From positions 17,918,001-17,982,000 of the forward strand of contig NC_043003.1 in NCBI RefSeq assembly GCF_006345805.1: 64,000 bases of DNA, in the 5' to 3' direction. This DNA is from Octopus sinensis. Taxonomy: Eukaryota. The first letter of the stretch is position 1. Each line of letters begins with the position of its first letter. Positions 1 to 11,725 of this stretch are shown here, one piece after another. Below the pieces are notes generated by a model, which saw only the letters and a program-made list of their open reading frames with translations, was not told the origin of the DNA and did no database searches. The translations under genes were made by a program, and so were the position numbers.

Positions 1-986
1 ATATATATATATTGTGTGTGTTTGTGCATATGTACTTGCTTGCAAGTGGCAGCTACACCTACTTACATAATATAATAATTGTTTTTCTCTCTCAAACTTA
101 TCTTCTACATAATATTCTTTCACATATATTGGAGTGTGAAGTGCTCCTCACAGTCAAGGTTTGTGACATGGTTGTGATCTGTAAAGAGTTTTGAGTAAGA
201 ACCTGAAAGAGAAGTAATAAACATGCAATGCGCATGAGGAATACTGGATTCATAAAATGGAAGGGACGAATAAAAATGCAATGGACTTGTCAGAATAAAA
301 TTTAAGTGTAGAATAAAAATACGATGCACTTGTTGAAATAAAATGGAAGTGAAGGATAAAAGCTCGATGTGTATGTCAAAATGAAATGGAAGCGAAGATT
401 AAAAATGCAATGCGCATATCAAAATAATATGAAAGTGAAGAATAAAAATGTAGTGCACTTGTCAAAATAAAATGGAAGTCATCATCATCATCATCGTTTA
501 ACGTCCGCTTTCCATGCTAGCATGGGTTGGGCGATTTGACTGAGGTCTGACAAACCAGACTCCAGTCTTATCTGGCAGAGTTTCTACAGCTGGATGCCCT
601 TCCTAACACCAGGATGCCCTTGAAGAATATAAACACAATGCATATGTCAGAATAAAATGGAAGTGAAGAGTAAAAATGCAATGTGCAGGTCAAACTAATT
701 ATGACGGTCTACATGTCATGGTTGACATCACTATTATGCAGCTTTGCTGCAATTTTCTTGTTTTAATGTTCTGTTAAATACTTCCTCTTTATTCATCTTG
801 CACTCCAGACCATTAATCTTACACCACATTCCTCCCACCATCTCTCTCTCTCTCTCTCCCTCTGTTTCTATCTCTATCGCTTTCTCCCTACCTACGCTCC
901 TACTTCAATTCCTTTTCCGCTTCCTTGTTCTCAGCTCAAGCATTTACTCCGTCTTTAAGCATAACAGTCTTTTTCTTTTCTTCCAG

Positions 987-1097
987 GAAACTGTTGATCC
1001 AAACACAGTTATCGTTATTGTTGGTAACAAAACAGACTTGTATACAGATTACAGTGAGCTATCAAAACAGTACAAGGTGGCATCCAGACTTGCTCAG
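987..1097 (+). CDS. Large Rab GTPase (RASEF/Rab45, CRACR2A/Rab46, Rab44 group), third-last coding exon
   Basis: Polypyrimidine-ttccAG acceptor and GTAAGC donor, 111 nt, phase 0-0. Encodes ETVDPNTVIVIVGNKTDL...VASRLAQ with the G4 motif GNKxD. Upstream exons lie outside the window. Confidence 0.9.
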
Positions 1098-1914
1098 GTA
1101 AGCCAACTGCATCCGGTAGGATTTGAACTCTGAACATAAAGATCCTCAAACTAAATAAGACAAGAAATCCAATCTGACATCCCAGAATTCCTTTCATTTT
1201 ACTATTCCAGTTGGTGTACTGATGTTCTCTCTTCTTTCACTTGCTTTAGTCATTGAACTGCAGCCATGCTGGGGTGTCCCTTTTAAAGGGTTTTAGTTGA
1301 ACAAATTGACCCTGGAACTGATGTCTCTTTGTTAAGTCTGGCACTTGTTCTATCTGTTTCTTTTGCTGAACTACTCATTTATGAGGATGTGAACAAACCA
1401 ACACCGGTTATCAAGCAGTTGTAGTGTGTGTGGGACAAACACAGACACAAAGACGCACACATATATATGATATATTATATACATGAAACTTAAGAGTCTT
1501 GGTTTCATTTCTTCTCACTTATCATGGAGCATTGGGCCTTGCAAGACCTCTACCTAGCTTGTTTGCTCGGTGCATATCTGACATTATGAGCCTGTTCCAG
1601 GCCTAATCCCCTTCCATAGTCCTCAGCATAGTATTGACAGATCTGCCTCATCTGCTGAGCCCTCGCCTCTATCTTCCAATTGACAAAAACATGAAAATTC
1701 AAAAGAAAGGAAATTAGAGTTATGATTGAATGTACCAAAGTAATAGTTGATTTTCTGAAGGTGCATGGCTCAGTGGTTAGAGCGTCGAGCTTACGATCGT
1801 GAGGTTGTGAGTTTGAATCCCGGACCGGGCTGCATGTTGTATTCTTGAGCAGGACACTTTATTTCATGTTGCTCCAGTTCACTCAGCTGTAGAAATGAGT
1901 TGCGGCATTTCATT

Positions 1915-2312
1915 GGATTTCAAAAATCTGCCCATACTGTACCACCATTCAGCATATGCCGAATGGTGGTATAGTATGGGCAGATTTTTGAAATCCTACG
2001 AACCTTTAAACAAATATACTTTTTCAAGGAGATACGATAAACCTATTATAATGGGTGATACTATGTGTACTTTTTATTTTGTGATGTAATTTTTGGTCTA
2101 ACAATGTTTGCGGCTGAAGAGAGCTTTAAACTATCTTTTATATCAATAATACACTGATGTAATAACAGATTGTTTATAAAGCTTGAAACATGTGTACCAC
2201 GATATCCTTTGTGTTCTGTTTTTAATTTATATTTGATATATTCTCTCATCTGCCACTATCTGGCATATACAGGTGCTTACACTTATCAAGTATTCACTCT
2301 AAATTTACAATA
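1915..2312 (+). mobile_element. Penelope-like element 3-prime remnant with 5-prime inversion
   Basis: 82-bp palindrome at 1915-1996, then a degraded YS...QILKSYEPLN segment resembling the end of a PLE GIY-YIG domain, then the hammerhead motif, ending at (TA)n. Confidence 0.5.
2109..2201 (+). ncRNA. Type I hammerhead ribozyme motif (CUGAAGA core, long stem II, GUA site)
   Basis: tgcgg-CTGAAGA(2114-2120)-gagcttta...taaagctt-GAAA(2185-2188)-CATGTG-T-A-ccacg. One mismatch in stem I. Confidence 0.65.
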
Positions 2313-2350
<38 letters not shown>

Positions 2351-2589
2351 ACAGGCTTCTTTCAGTTTGCATCTACCAAATCCACTCACAAAGCTTTGGT
2401 TAGCCTGAAGCTATAGTAGAAGACATTTGCCCAAGGTGCCATGCAGTGGAACTGAACCTGGAACCATGTAGTTAGGAACCAAGCTTTTTACCACACAGCC
2501 ATGCCTGTGCCTATATGTTAAAATATACCTAAAATATACACTACTCTTTTATTTTGATTTTTGACTCTGAGTACTTTGTATTGTTGTAG

Positions 2590-2666
2590 GAAAATAATGC
2601 TCTATTTTATGAGACAAGTGCGAAAGATGGAAGCCGGGTGTTTGAAGCAATGCATGCTATGGCATG
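2590..2666 (+). CDS. Large Rab GTPase, penultimate coding exon
   Basis: ttgtAG acceptor and GTAAGT donor. Encodes ENNALFYETSAKDGSRVFEAMHAMA with the G5 motif ETSAK. Phases join the flanking exons in frame. Confidence 0.9.
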
Positions 2667-2837
2667 GTAAGTAGCACAAGTGTCATTCAATATTGAATTG
2701 GTAACATTATAAGTCACTGTTAAACCTCTGTTTCTTTTGAAATTAGATACATTTGATTTATGTACCAATCATTGGATTGCGGCCATGCTGGAGCATTGGC
2801 TTGCAAAGCAAGCTTATTGAGCACCAAGCTGCACCTA

Positions 2838-3466
2838 GGATCTTTACCTTTTGACCTACAGATTTTTTAAATAATTTTTTGTAACTAAACACTTTCAAAC
2901 TTTGGACCCTGGTAGAATGTGTCATATAAAACATATTTTACTCTTAGCATATTTGAGAAAAACTTATATTTCTGAAGTAATTTCATGTCAAAGTAGGCCT
3001 ATTTCGGTAATTTCAACCAATCAATGGCGTGTATTCAGCTGAATAAAATTACTGCCGTTGTTTGTCAACAAGAACTATTGGCGGTGTATTTTTCATTTGT
3101 CACTGTTATTTATGACATCATTTCTATGTTTATACTGGTTTTGGGGTTAGGGTTTCAGGGTCAGGGTTAGGGGGTTAGGGTTAGGGTTGTCATAAATAAC
3201 AGTGACAAACGAAAAATACACAGCTGGAAGTTCTTGTTGACAAACAACAGCAGTAATTTTATTCAGCTGAATACACGTCATTGATTGGTTGAAATTACTG
3301 AAATAGGCCTACTTTAATGTGAAATTACTTCATGAATATTAGTTTTTCTCAAAAATGCTAAGAGTAAAACATGTTTTATATGACACATTTTACCAGTGTC
3401 CGAAGTTGGAAAGTGCTTAGTTACAAAAATTACTTTTTAAATCTGTCGGTCAAAAGGTTAAGATAC
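2838..3466. mobile_element. Mutator-like (MULE) fold-back MITE with TTAGGG-like core
   Basis: About 280-bp inverted arms, 9-bp TSD CTGCACCTA (2829-2837 and 3467-3475), central GGTTAGGG repeats. Confidence 0.8.
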
Positions 3467-3881
3467 CTGCACCTATGCCTATTTCTTGATCTTAATTTAA
3501 CTGAAGGTATGTCATGTAGTGGTTTAGTTGTGGCGCTCATTATTGTTAGATCATGGGGCTGGTCAATTCTCTAACATGGTGGTTCATTGTGTTCTTGAGC
3601 AAGGACTTCCTTTCACATTACTTTAATCCACTCAGCTGAAAATGAGTCCAAAGAGCAATTGCTAGAGGGTATGGAGAGAGGGATTAACCTTGCAGCAATT
3701 GTTCTCTTATGAAGGGAATCTTTCATTCTCGGTTGCTTAAATTCTGTGGAGACTGGACTATGCTCCAGAGCCTAAGGGACCTGAAGGCTTAAAGCAAGCA
3801 ATTTTTTTGTTTTGTTTTTTTGTTACAGTTAAGGGAAACATTATTTATTTATTTATTTATCTATTTTTATTCACTTTTCAG

Positions 3882-3969
3882 TGTTTTGAAAGAGAAGGAG
3901 GATGAAGAACTGGAAAAAGTTTTGGAACTGAAGAGTGAACCTGTTAAGAAATCATCATGTTGCAGATGA
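3882..3969 (+). CDS. Large Rab GTPase, terminal coding exon with di-cysteine prenylation motif
   Basis: ttttcAG acceptor, then (C)VLKEKEDEELEKVLELKSEPVKKSSCCR*. The LKExED...KKSCCx tail resembles CRACR2A/Rab44 C-termini. First AATAAA is at 4075-4080. Confidence 0.88.
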
Positions 3970-4390
3970 TATCAAAGAGTGCCAGTTAAAAAGAAACTCA
4001 TTTAGTTATATATTCAAAGATTTATAATGGATTAAAAAAAAAATTTTAGATAAAGGAAAATCAACAGTCTTCTAAATAAACCAGCACCTGGGTTAGGAAA
4101 TGTAAATATGAAACCCATTCTGCATTTATTAAATAACTTTTATCAGTGCATATTACTGACAGAAATACTTTGCAAGCATTCATCCTTATTTATGGTTTTC
4201 TTAAAGACAAATAATGTGACTGATTATTAGCAAAAATCAAGTTGTTTAAAGAAACGTGGATACTGAATTTCTCTTTCTTTAAAATTGGAAAAAAAAAATG
4301 TATATAATACCATGTGTGTGTATATTTGAGTGCATGTGTGTATTAAGTGTCCCTAAATTTTAAGAATTCATTTTCCTAGAGGAGCTGTTT

Positions 4391-4743
4391 GGATCTGTTT
4401 GATTTGGCTCACAGATTTTTTTAAATTAATGTCTTTTGACTAAACAGTTTGAAATTTTGTATACTGGTGGAATGTCTCACACAGAACATGGTTTACTTTG
4501 ACCATTTTTGATAAAATTTGATATTTTAAAAGTTATTTTGTGTTAAAGTTGTCTTTGGGTAATTTCAACCAGTCAACAATGTGTATCCAGCTGAAGAAAG
4601 CTACTGCTGTTTGTGATAGTAATTGAAGAGGAACAACTTCTGGGTCATCTCTACTAAATGTCACCACCAGTATACGATGTCTCAATCTGTTTAGTTAAAA
4701 AAAAATTTAATTGAAAAATCTGTGCACAAACCTGAACAGATCC
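4391..4743. mobile_element. Related MULE-like MITE, degraded
   Basis: GGATCTGTT...AACAGATCC termini and internal similarity to the 2838 and 51151 elements. Confidence 0.6.
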
Positions 4744-5190
4744 GGCAGTTTCATATGCTGGAGCTTTTAAGTGGATTTCTTTTAATCAAGGGGAATAACT
4801 ATATTTGTTATGATGAAACGTTTTTGACAATGCTCAGAAATGAGAGTCCCTTATGCATTTCTGTATTGCATTTCTTATTATGATAAGCATTTAAAACTTA
4901 TGCAAATATTTACTCCTTCAATGAAAATGGCATCACAGAAGAAGCTGAGCATTTTATAAACCTGTCTTCCTACTATAAACAGCATTTCAGATAGAATTCA
5001 ACACTGCATTTTATTGGAGATGAACTTTGAGGACGAAAGAGAAAAGTCTATGACATTATCAGAATCTCATTAATTTTAATTAAAACAAAAAATTTTTATT
5101 CTTTATTCAATTTATTGATAAAAGTTTATGTTATTTTACGGAGATATACTTGCATAGCAAGTGACCTGATCTGAGATTGTGTGCTGGAAC

Positions 5191-5437
5191 GAAAACAATT
5201 GCAGTGTGGAAGGTGTTTATAAGCCATTTAAGAAACATGCAAAAACCGTTAAATTCACTTCAACATTTAAATTTAATTTGTCAAATGATACAGCACGGAG
5301 TTTTGTCAGTGAACAGGTCGCGATCTCAAAGCGGCGAAAATATTTTGGCAAATTAAATTTAAATGTTGAAGTGAATCTAACGGTTTTTGTGTGTTTCTTA
5401 AATGGCTTATAAACACCTTCCACACTGCAACTGTTTA
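5191..5437. repeat. Fold-back element, about 92-bp inverted arms around the G3:C8 hammerhead
   Basis: 5191-5283 is the near-perfect reverse complement of 5346-5437. Confidence 0.9.
5302..5352 (+). ncRNA. Minimal type I hammerhead ribozyme motif, G3:C8 core variant
   Basis: tttgtca-GTGAACA-g-gtcgc-gatctcaaa-gcggc-GAAA-ATAT-T-T-tggcaaa: 7-bp stem I, 5-bp stem II, palindromic AATATT stem III. Confidence 0.65.
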
Positions 5438-6168
5438 TATCATTTTAATATTTCAAAAATAGTATCATGAAAGATAATTGTAACTTTATATGTAGTTCTA
5501 TGTTTAATTATCATCAAACATTTTTTCTTTATCTTTTTCCCCTTTTTTCCTTTTTTTTTAAACAAATATTATTTCTTGACACTCATTGGGGTTTGTATTT
5601 TAGAAATATCCTTGATAACATATCAGATGTCAAAAACAAACTGGAATATTTCTATATATTTCTTCATTAATTTTTCTCTTATTTTCCTTTTGATCTCACC
5701 TCACAATATTTGTTGAAAAAAAAAAGGCAAAACAGAATCAAGATTGTGTTGTGTAATGTAAATTGGATGATGATAGTTTTTGTTCCAATGGAAACATTTA
5801 CCTGTCAACTAGAAATCTATACATGTAATATCCGTGTAAGCATGGATCATAAACTCTGTCTTTCATATAGTGTCAATCTATGATCCTTATACTCAGACAA
5901 CAATGTATCTTAATGTAGTTTATCAAAACTGAATGGTTATCTCACTCTTCAAGTTTCATGCCACTGCAATCTTCAGGTGAGAATGTTCATGCCTGAAATC
6001 CACAGCAGCGTGAAACTCAGATTGCAAAATAAACATTCAATTTTAATAAACCATATACTCTACAACATCGTCTCTCATTCATTTGACACAATTCATTATT
6101 CACATAATACATATGTGCATGTAGCTGCATATATATTACATACATATATATATATGCATACATGCATG

Positions 6169-6234
<66 letters not shown>

Positions 6235-6430
6235 CATATATACACACACACAACAAATCAGCCATTTCTCTTGTTTATTTGAATATGTTGGTGTAGATAC
6301 TTGGCTGGTGAGTAGCCCTTGTAGTATGAATCAACTCTTGCCAGCAGTCCTTAAAGCTTTTGATGGAACTTGTTACATTTCAATGACATAACATGAACAT
6401 CCATTGAAATTGTTGCTTGTAGGAGAAATA

Positions 6431-6668
6431 AAGGCAGCGAGCTGGCAGAAATGTTAGCACACTGGGCGAAATGCTTAGCAGTATTTCGTCTGCGCTATGT
6501 TCTGAGTTCAAATTCAGCCGAGGTCAACTTTGCCTTTCATCCTTTCGAGGTCGATAAATTAAGTACCAGTTACGCACTGGGGTCGATGTAATTGACTTAA
6601 TCCGTTTGTCTGTCCTTGTTTGTCCCCTCTATGTTTTGCCCCTTGTGGGCAATAAAGAAATAAGAAAT
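6431..6668 (+). mobile_element. tRNA-derived SINE with Meta-like central domain; other copies near 42285, 43288, 48040, 54523, 57932, 62488
   Basis: GGCAGCGAGCTGGCAGAA head, GTTCAAATTC B-box and GCCTTTCATCCTTTCGAGGTCGATAAA core recur across the window. Confidence 0.85.
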
Positions 6669-7369
6669 AATTGCTTTGAGAAGTTTGCAGTTGTGTTGTA
6701 TTCAACTGGCCCCTTGCAGTTTGGCACAGGTTGGCAGCCAATGAAATTGCTTCCCAGTATTCATCTCGTACTTTGGTTGTACTTCCAAGGCAGAAGTATC
6801 AAAGGTAAATCTTTTTCCTGTAGTTTTCAGTCATTGGACTATGGCCATGCCGGGGCACTGCATCAAAGGGTTTTAGTCAAACAAATCAACCCCAATACTT
6901 ATTTCATAAGTCTGGTACTTACTGTATCAGTTACTTTTGCCAAATCATTAAGTTATGAGAATATAAACGTCCCAACACTGGTTGTCAAGTAGTGGTGGAA
7001 AAACACAGATGCAAAGACACCCCGTGCACACACACAACACACACACTCATATATATATGTGTGTGTGATGTTATATATGTATATAAAAAAAATACATGAG
7101 CTCTTTTTAAAGCCTAGCCAGGCTAATGGGCCCAGTTTCCCAGTTTCTATGGCATATGTGTTCCCTAGCTGGACGGGACACCAGTCCATCGCAGCGTTAC
7201 TCATTTTTACCAGCTTAGTGAACTGGAGCAATGTGAAATGAAGTGTTTTGCTCAAGAACACAACGCGTCGCCCGGTCCAGGAATCGAAACCACAATCTTA
7301 CGATCACGGTGCTGACACCCTAACCACTAAGCCACATGTCTCCACATATATGTATATATGATGATATAT

Positions 7370-7589
7370 ATAGGGGTGCTGAAAAGTTCTTGGTTTGAAG
7401 AATATTGCAAAAGGCCAGGCTGGAGGCCTAACATTCTAATTTCTTTTACAGGGCTTAGAAAAACTGAAGGACCTCTGCAATAAGTGTGTGAATCTGAGAG
7501 AGGAATGTGTTGTATAGAATCATAATTAGCTGATCCTCCTGTATTTTCTTCTACCCAAAGCTGGGAACTTTTCAGCACACCTCTCGTAT
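7370..7589 (+). mobile_element. Mariner-derived MITE; related pieces near 23745, 31679-32533, 32842, 53508
   Basis: TIRs GGGGTGCTGAAAAGTTC and GAACTTTTCAGCACACC, TA flanks, internal remnant resembling a mariner C-terminus (KCVNLR). Confidence 0.7.
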
Positions 7590-7644
7590 ATTATATATAT
7601 GATAATATACATATTATACATATGATAAAATATATATTATATAT

Positions 7645-8302
7645 AGACCCAGGAAAATCTGGGACCAGGTAGTGAAGCACGACCTTCGAACTTTAGGTGT
7701 CACCGAGGAAATAACTAGAGACCGAGACCTATGGAAGTATGCTGTGTGTGAGAAGACCCGGCAGGACAAGTGAGACCATAACCCATGGCCTCTACCTGGG
7801 ATGTAGCCAGTCCACTTATGCATACCTTTCCTTCTTGGGACACAAAACTCTACTTGTGAAGACCTGTTGAGGCAAGTGAGAATCAAAATCGAAATCGATC
7901 AACATCAATGGAAATTGCAGCTGTGATACCAGTGCCGGTGGTACGTAAGCGAACCATCTGAACGTAGCCGTTGCCAGCCTGGCCTAGCCTTCGTGCTGGT
8001 GGCATGTAAAAGCACCATCCGATCGTGGCCGTTGCCAGCCCCGCCTGGCCCCCGTGCCGGTGGCACATAAAAAGCACCATCTGACCGTGGCCGTTTGCCA
8101 GCCCCGTCTGGCACCTGTGCCGGTGGAACGTAAAAAGCACCCACTACACTCATGGAGTGGTTGGCGTTAGGAAGGGCATCCAGCCGTAGAAACATTGCCA
8201 GATCAGACTGGGCCTGGTGCAGTCTTCTGGCCTCCCAGACCCCAGTTGAACAATCCAACCCATGCTAGCATGGAAAGCGGACGCTAAATGATGATGATGA
8301 TG
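7645..8302 (+). mobile_element. LINE-tail retroposon with about 59-bp internal tandem units and (GAT)n tail; other copies near 480, 16750, 27465, 29230, 29725, 40545, 44850
   Basis: Repeated GTGCCGGTGGCACGTAAAAAGCACC units and a shared 3-prime end GGAAAGCGGACG..AAA(T/C)GATGATGAT. Confidence 0.8.
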
Positions 8303-8554
8303 ACAATGTATATCATGATGATATAGATAGATAATTTCATTTAGGTGGTGACCCTAGAGGTTACCCTACAAAGCTCATCCATGGATCCAAGCCATGAGAT
8401 AAATAATAATTCAGAGATTATTTGTTATGTCACACACATGCCAAAAAATTGACAAAAATCTACAACTATAACCATGGAGAACAGAGTAAGCAAATCCTTT
8501 TATTTTGTTAATTTACAATTCTTACCTCAAAAGTTGATCTCAGAAGCATTACTC

Positions 8555-8950
8555 TCTCTCTCTTTTACTCTTTTACTTGTTTCAGTCATTTGACTGCGGC
8601 CATGCTGGAGTACCGCCTTTAGTTGAACAAATCGACCCCAGGATTTATTCTTTGTAAGCCTAGTACTTATTCTATCGGTCTCTTTTGCCGAACCAATAAG
8701 TTGTGGGGATGTAAACACACCTGCGTCGGTTGTCAAGCGATGTTGGGGGCACAAACACACACATATATATAAATATACATATATATGACAGGCTTCTTTC
8801 AGTTTCCGTCTACCAAATCCACTCATAAGGCTTTGGTCGACCCAAGGCTATAGTAGAAGACACTTGCCCAGGGTGCCATGCAGTGGGACTGAACCCAGAA
8901 CCATGTGGTTGGTAAGCAAGCTACTTACCACACAGTCACTCCTGCACCTG
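8555..8950 (-). mobile_element. Abundant tRNA-derived SINE with internal (TA)n/(TG)n tract
   Basis: Head GGAGTGGCTGTGTGGTAAG...GGTTCAGTCCC and tail GACTGAAACAAGTAAAAGAG. Further minus copies near 9625, 10615, 11765, 28555, 31795, 63665. Confidence 0.9.
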
Positions 8951-9832
8951 TTACCACACGGCCATTCTTGCACCCATATTATTTGACAATAATGTTCATG
9001 ATTCTGAAGAATTAATCTTCAATTTTGTGTCTAAGATGCCTCATGTATCAGTGGTTGCATATTGCTTTATAATATATGCCATAGAGCCTCCCAAAACTAG
9101 ACACCAGTATCTAAGCATTGTCCTAGCCTAATCAGGTTATTTATGAAGAAAACCAAACAATACCATAGTAAGCAATCCCCACAAATTATGAATCCACAAA
9201 TAAGCATAACAAATATGTGTGTACCCATCATCAGCTGCCAAAACGGACATCACTATAGTTAATCCTTCCGGGATAGAATTTTGAGGAAACAATTGTAAAT
9301 CAATGAAATAAAAGTCCTGCTCACTCCATGCTCGTATGTTATATATAGATATAGATATATTATATATATCTGTAAATGTAATATGTGACAATTATTCGGA
9401 ATATATATGTATATATTTATATGTATATATATATATATATTCATATGTGTATATATATACATGTATATATATATATATATCGCTAATTTAATTTATATAT
9501 ATATTATTTAATTTATATATATATACACACACACACACACATATATATATGTATATAAATTAGAAAAAAAACACCTTTTATCAATTCGACAATGAAATAG
9601 CAATGATATAATTAAATTATATCTCTCTCTTTTACTTGTTTCAGTCATGTGACTGTGGCCATGCTAGAGCACTGCCTTTAGTCGAGCAAATCAACCACAG
9701 GACTTATTCTTTGTAAGCCTAGTACTTATTCTATCAGTCTCTTTTGCTGAACTGCTAACTTATGGGGACGTAAACACACCAGCATTGGTTCTCAAACGAT
9801 GTTGGGGGACAAACACAGACACTCAAGCATAT

Positions 9833-9905
<73 letters not shown>

Positions 9906-11682
9906 TACGACGAGCTTCTTTCAGTTTCCGTCTACCAAATCCACTCACAAGGCTTTGGTCAGCACGAGGCTATAGTAGAAGATACTTGCCGAGGTACCAC
10001 ACCTTGGGACTGAACCCAGAACCATGTGGTTTGTAAGCAAGCTACTTACCACACAGCCACCCCTACGCCTACACTCTAAACGCCTATACCATTTAGAAAA
10101 TAATTAAATATAAGATAAAAACATATACCAATAATTAAGTAATGTACAAAATAATAAATAAAAAGTATATAATTGACATGTGTATATTTATATGTATGTA
10201 GTTCTCCGTGCATTTTCTTCTCTTTTTAGATGTATATATAGCAATCAATCTATATTTTAAATGTTGTGTTAATGTATACAAATATCTGCATTTTTAAATT
10301 ACATCATTAATTTTAATTTTTTAGTCTGTTTAAAAGCAAATGAGATTTTGTCACACAATAATTTCATATTTCTCTAAATTCATGTCATGCATGTTTTAAC
10401 CTACCCTAATCCAAAATCTTTGACATTTTCACATCCCCTTCTTAGTTCATTTAGGTACTAGCTGTCCTTGTATACGTATTCTAACGTTACTAATTATATA
10501 TTATATTCTTGATTTTCAGAGGACACACTGTTTCACGATAGTAAATACTGCAATATGATCATAGGATATATGTTGCATTTTACTGTTTTTAAGAATCTCA
10601 AAATTTACATATCTCTTTTGCTCTTTTACTTGTTTCAGTCATTTGACTGCAGCCATGCTGGAGCACCACCTTTAGTCGAGCAAATCAACCCCAGGACTTA
10701 TTCTTTGTAAGCCTAGTACTTATTCTATCGGTCTCTTTTGCCGAACTGCTAAGGTACGGGGACGTAAACACACCAGCATTGGTTGTCAAGAGATTTTGGG
10801 GGGACAAACACAGATATAAACACACACGTACATATATATATATATATACGCACACACATATATATACGACGGGCTTCCTTCTGTTTCCATCTACCAAATC
10901 CACTCACAAGGCTTTGGTCGGCCCGAGGCTATAGTAGAAGACACTTCCCCAAGGTGCCACACAGTGGGAATGAACACGGAACCATGTGGTTGGTAAGCAA
11001 GATACTTCCCACACAGCCACTCCTGCGCCTATATAATCCTCTAATAAGCCATAACACTCTTTATACATCATATCATATGGCATAAAAGATGGCACCTCAA
11101 TTTCAGCAGCACAAAAAATATTTTACTGCATCAAAGCATCTAGTGTTTAAAGCAACTTTGTATATAGGGGTTGGGTTGATTTTTATGAGACATTGATTTG
11201 GGAAATGCATCTTATATGCTATCAAATACAGTATACTATGCCAATATTTCCTGTATCCATCTGGTTTTGCCACCCATGCTAGTTAATATGAATTTTTTTT
11301 TGCCTCTTTTAAAATCAAGCAAATAGATTCTGTAAATTTTAGAAGGTACAATACTTCATCTCTTTCTATGTCTTCCTTTCTTACAAAGCCTCTGACAATC
11401 CAGGATTAATAAATGCTACCAATAATTTGTAATTAGGTTTTCTTTTCACCTTTCTGTGATTACATTTTTACCTTTTAGTTGTTTCCTTCATTGGACTACA
11501 GCTATCTGTGCGTGTGTCCCTGTGCCCGTTGTAGAATTTCATCAAACTGTTATTCCACTTATAAGATACGGTTTGCCATGAACATTTCTCCATTTCCACT
11601 GTGTTCATTTTTCTCACAAGTTGTTCAAACAATATTCTAAATGATCTGAGGTGGATTTAATATTTAGATGTCAAAACTTATG

Positions 11683-11725
<43 letters not shown>

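Noticed and set aside
9137-9320. Minus-strand CUGAUGA and an 84-aa ORF
   Set aside because: No GAAA, stem III or closing stem I follows. Probably a truncated repeat fragment, and the ORF begins in TA-rich low-complexity sequence.
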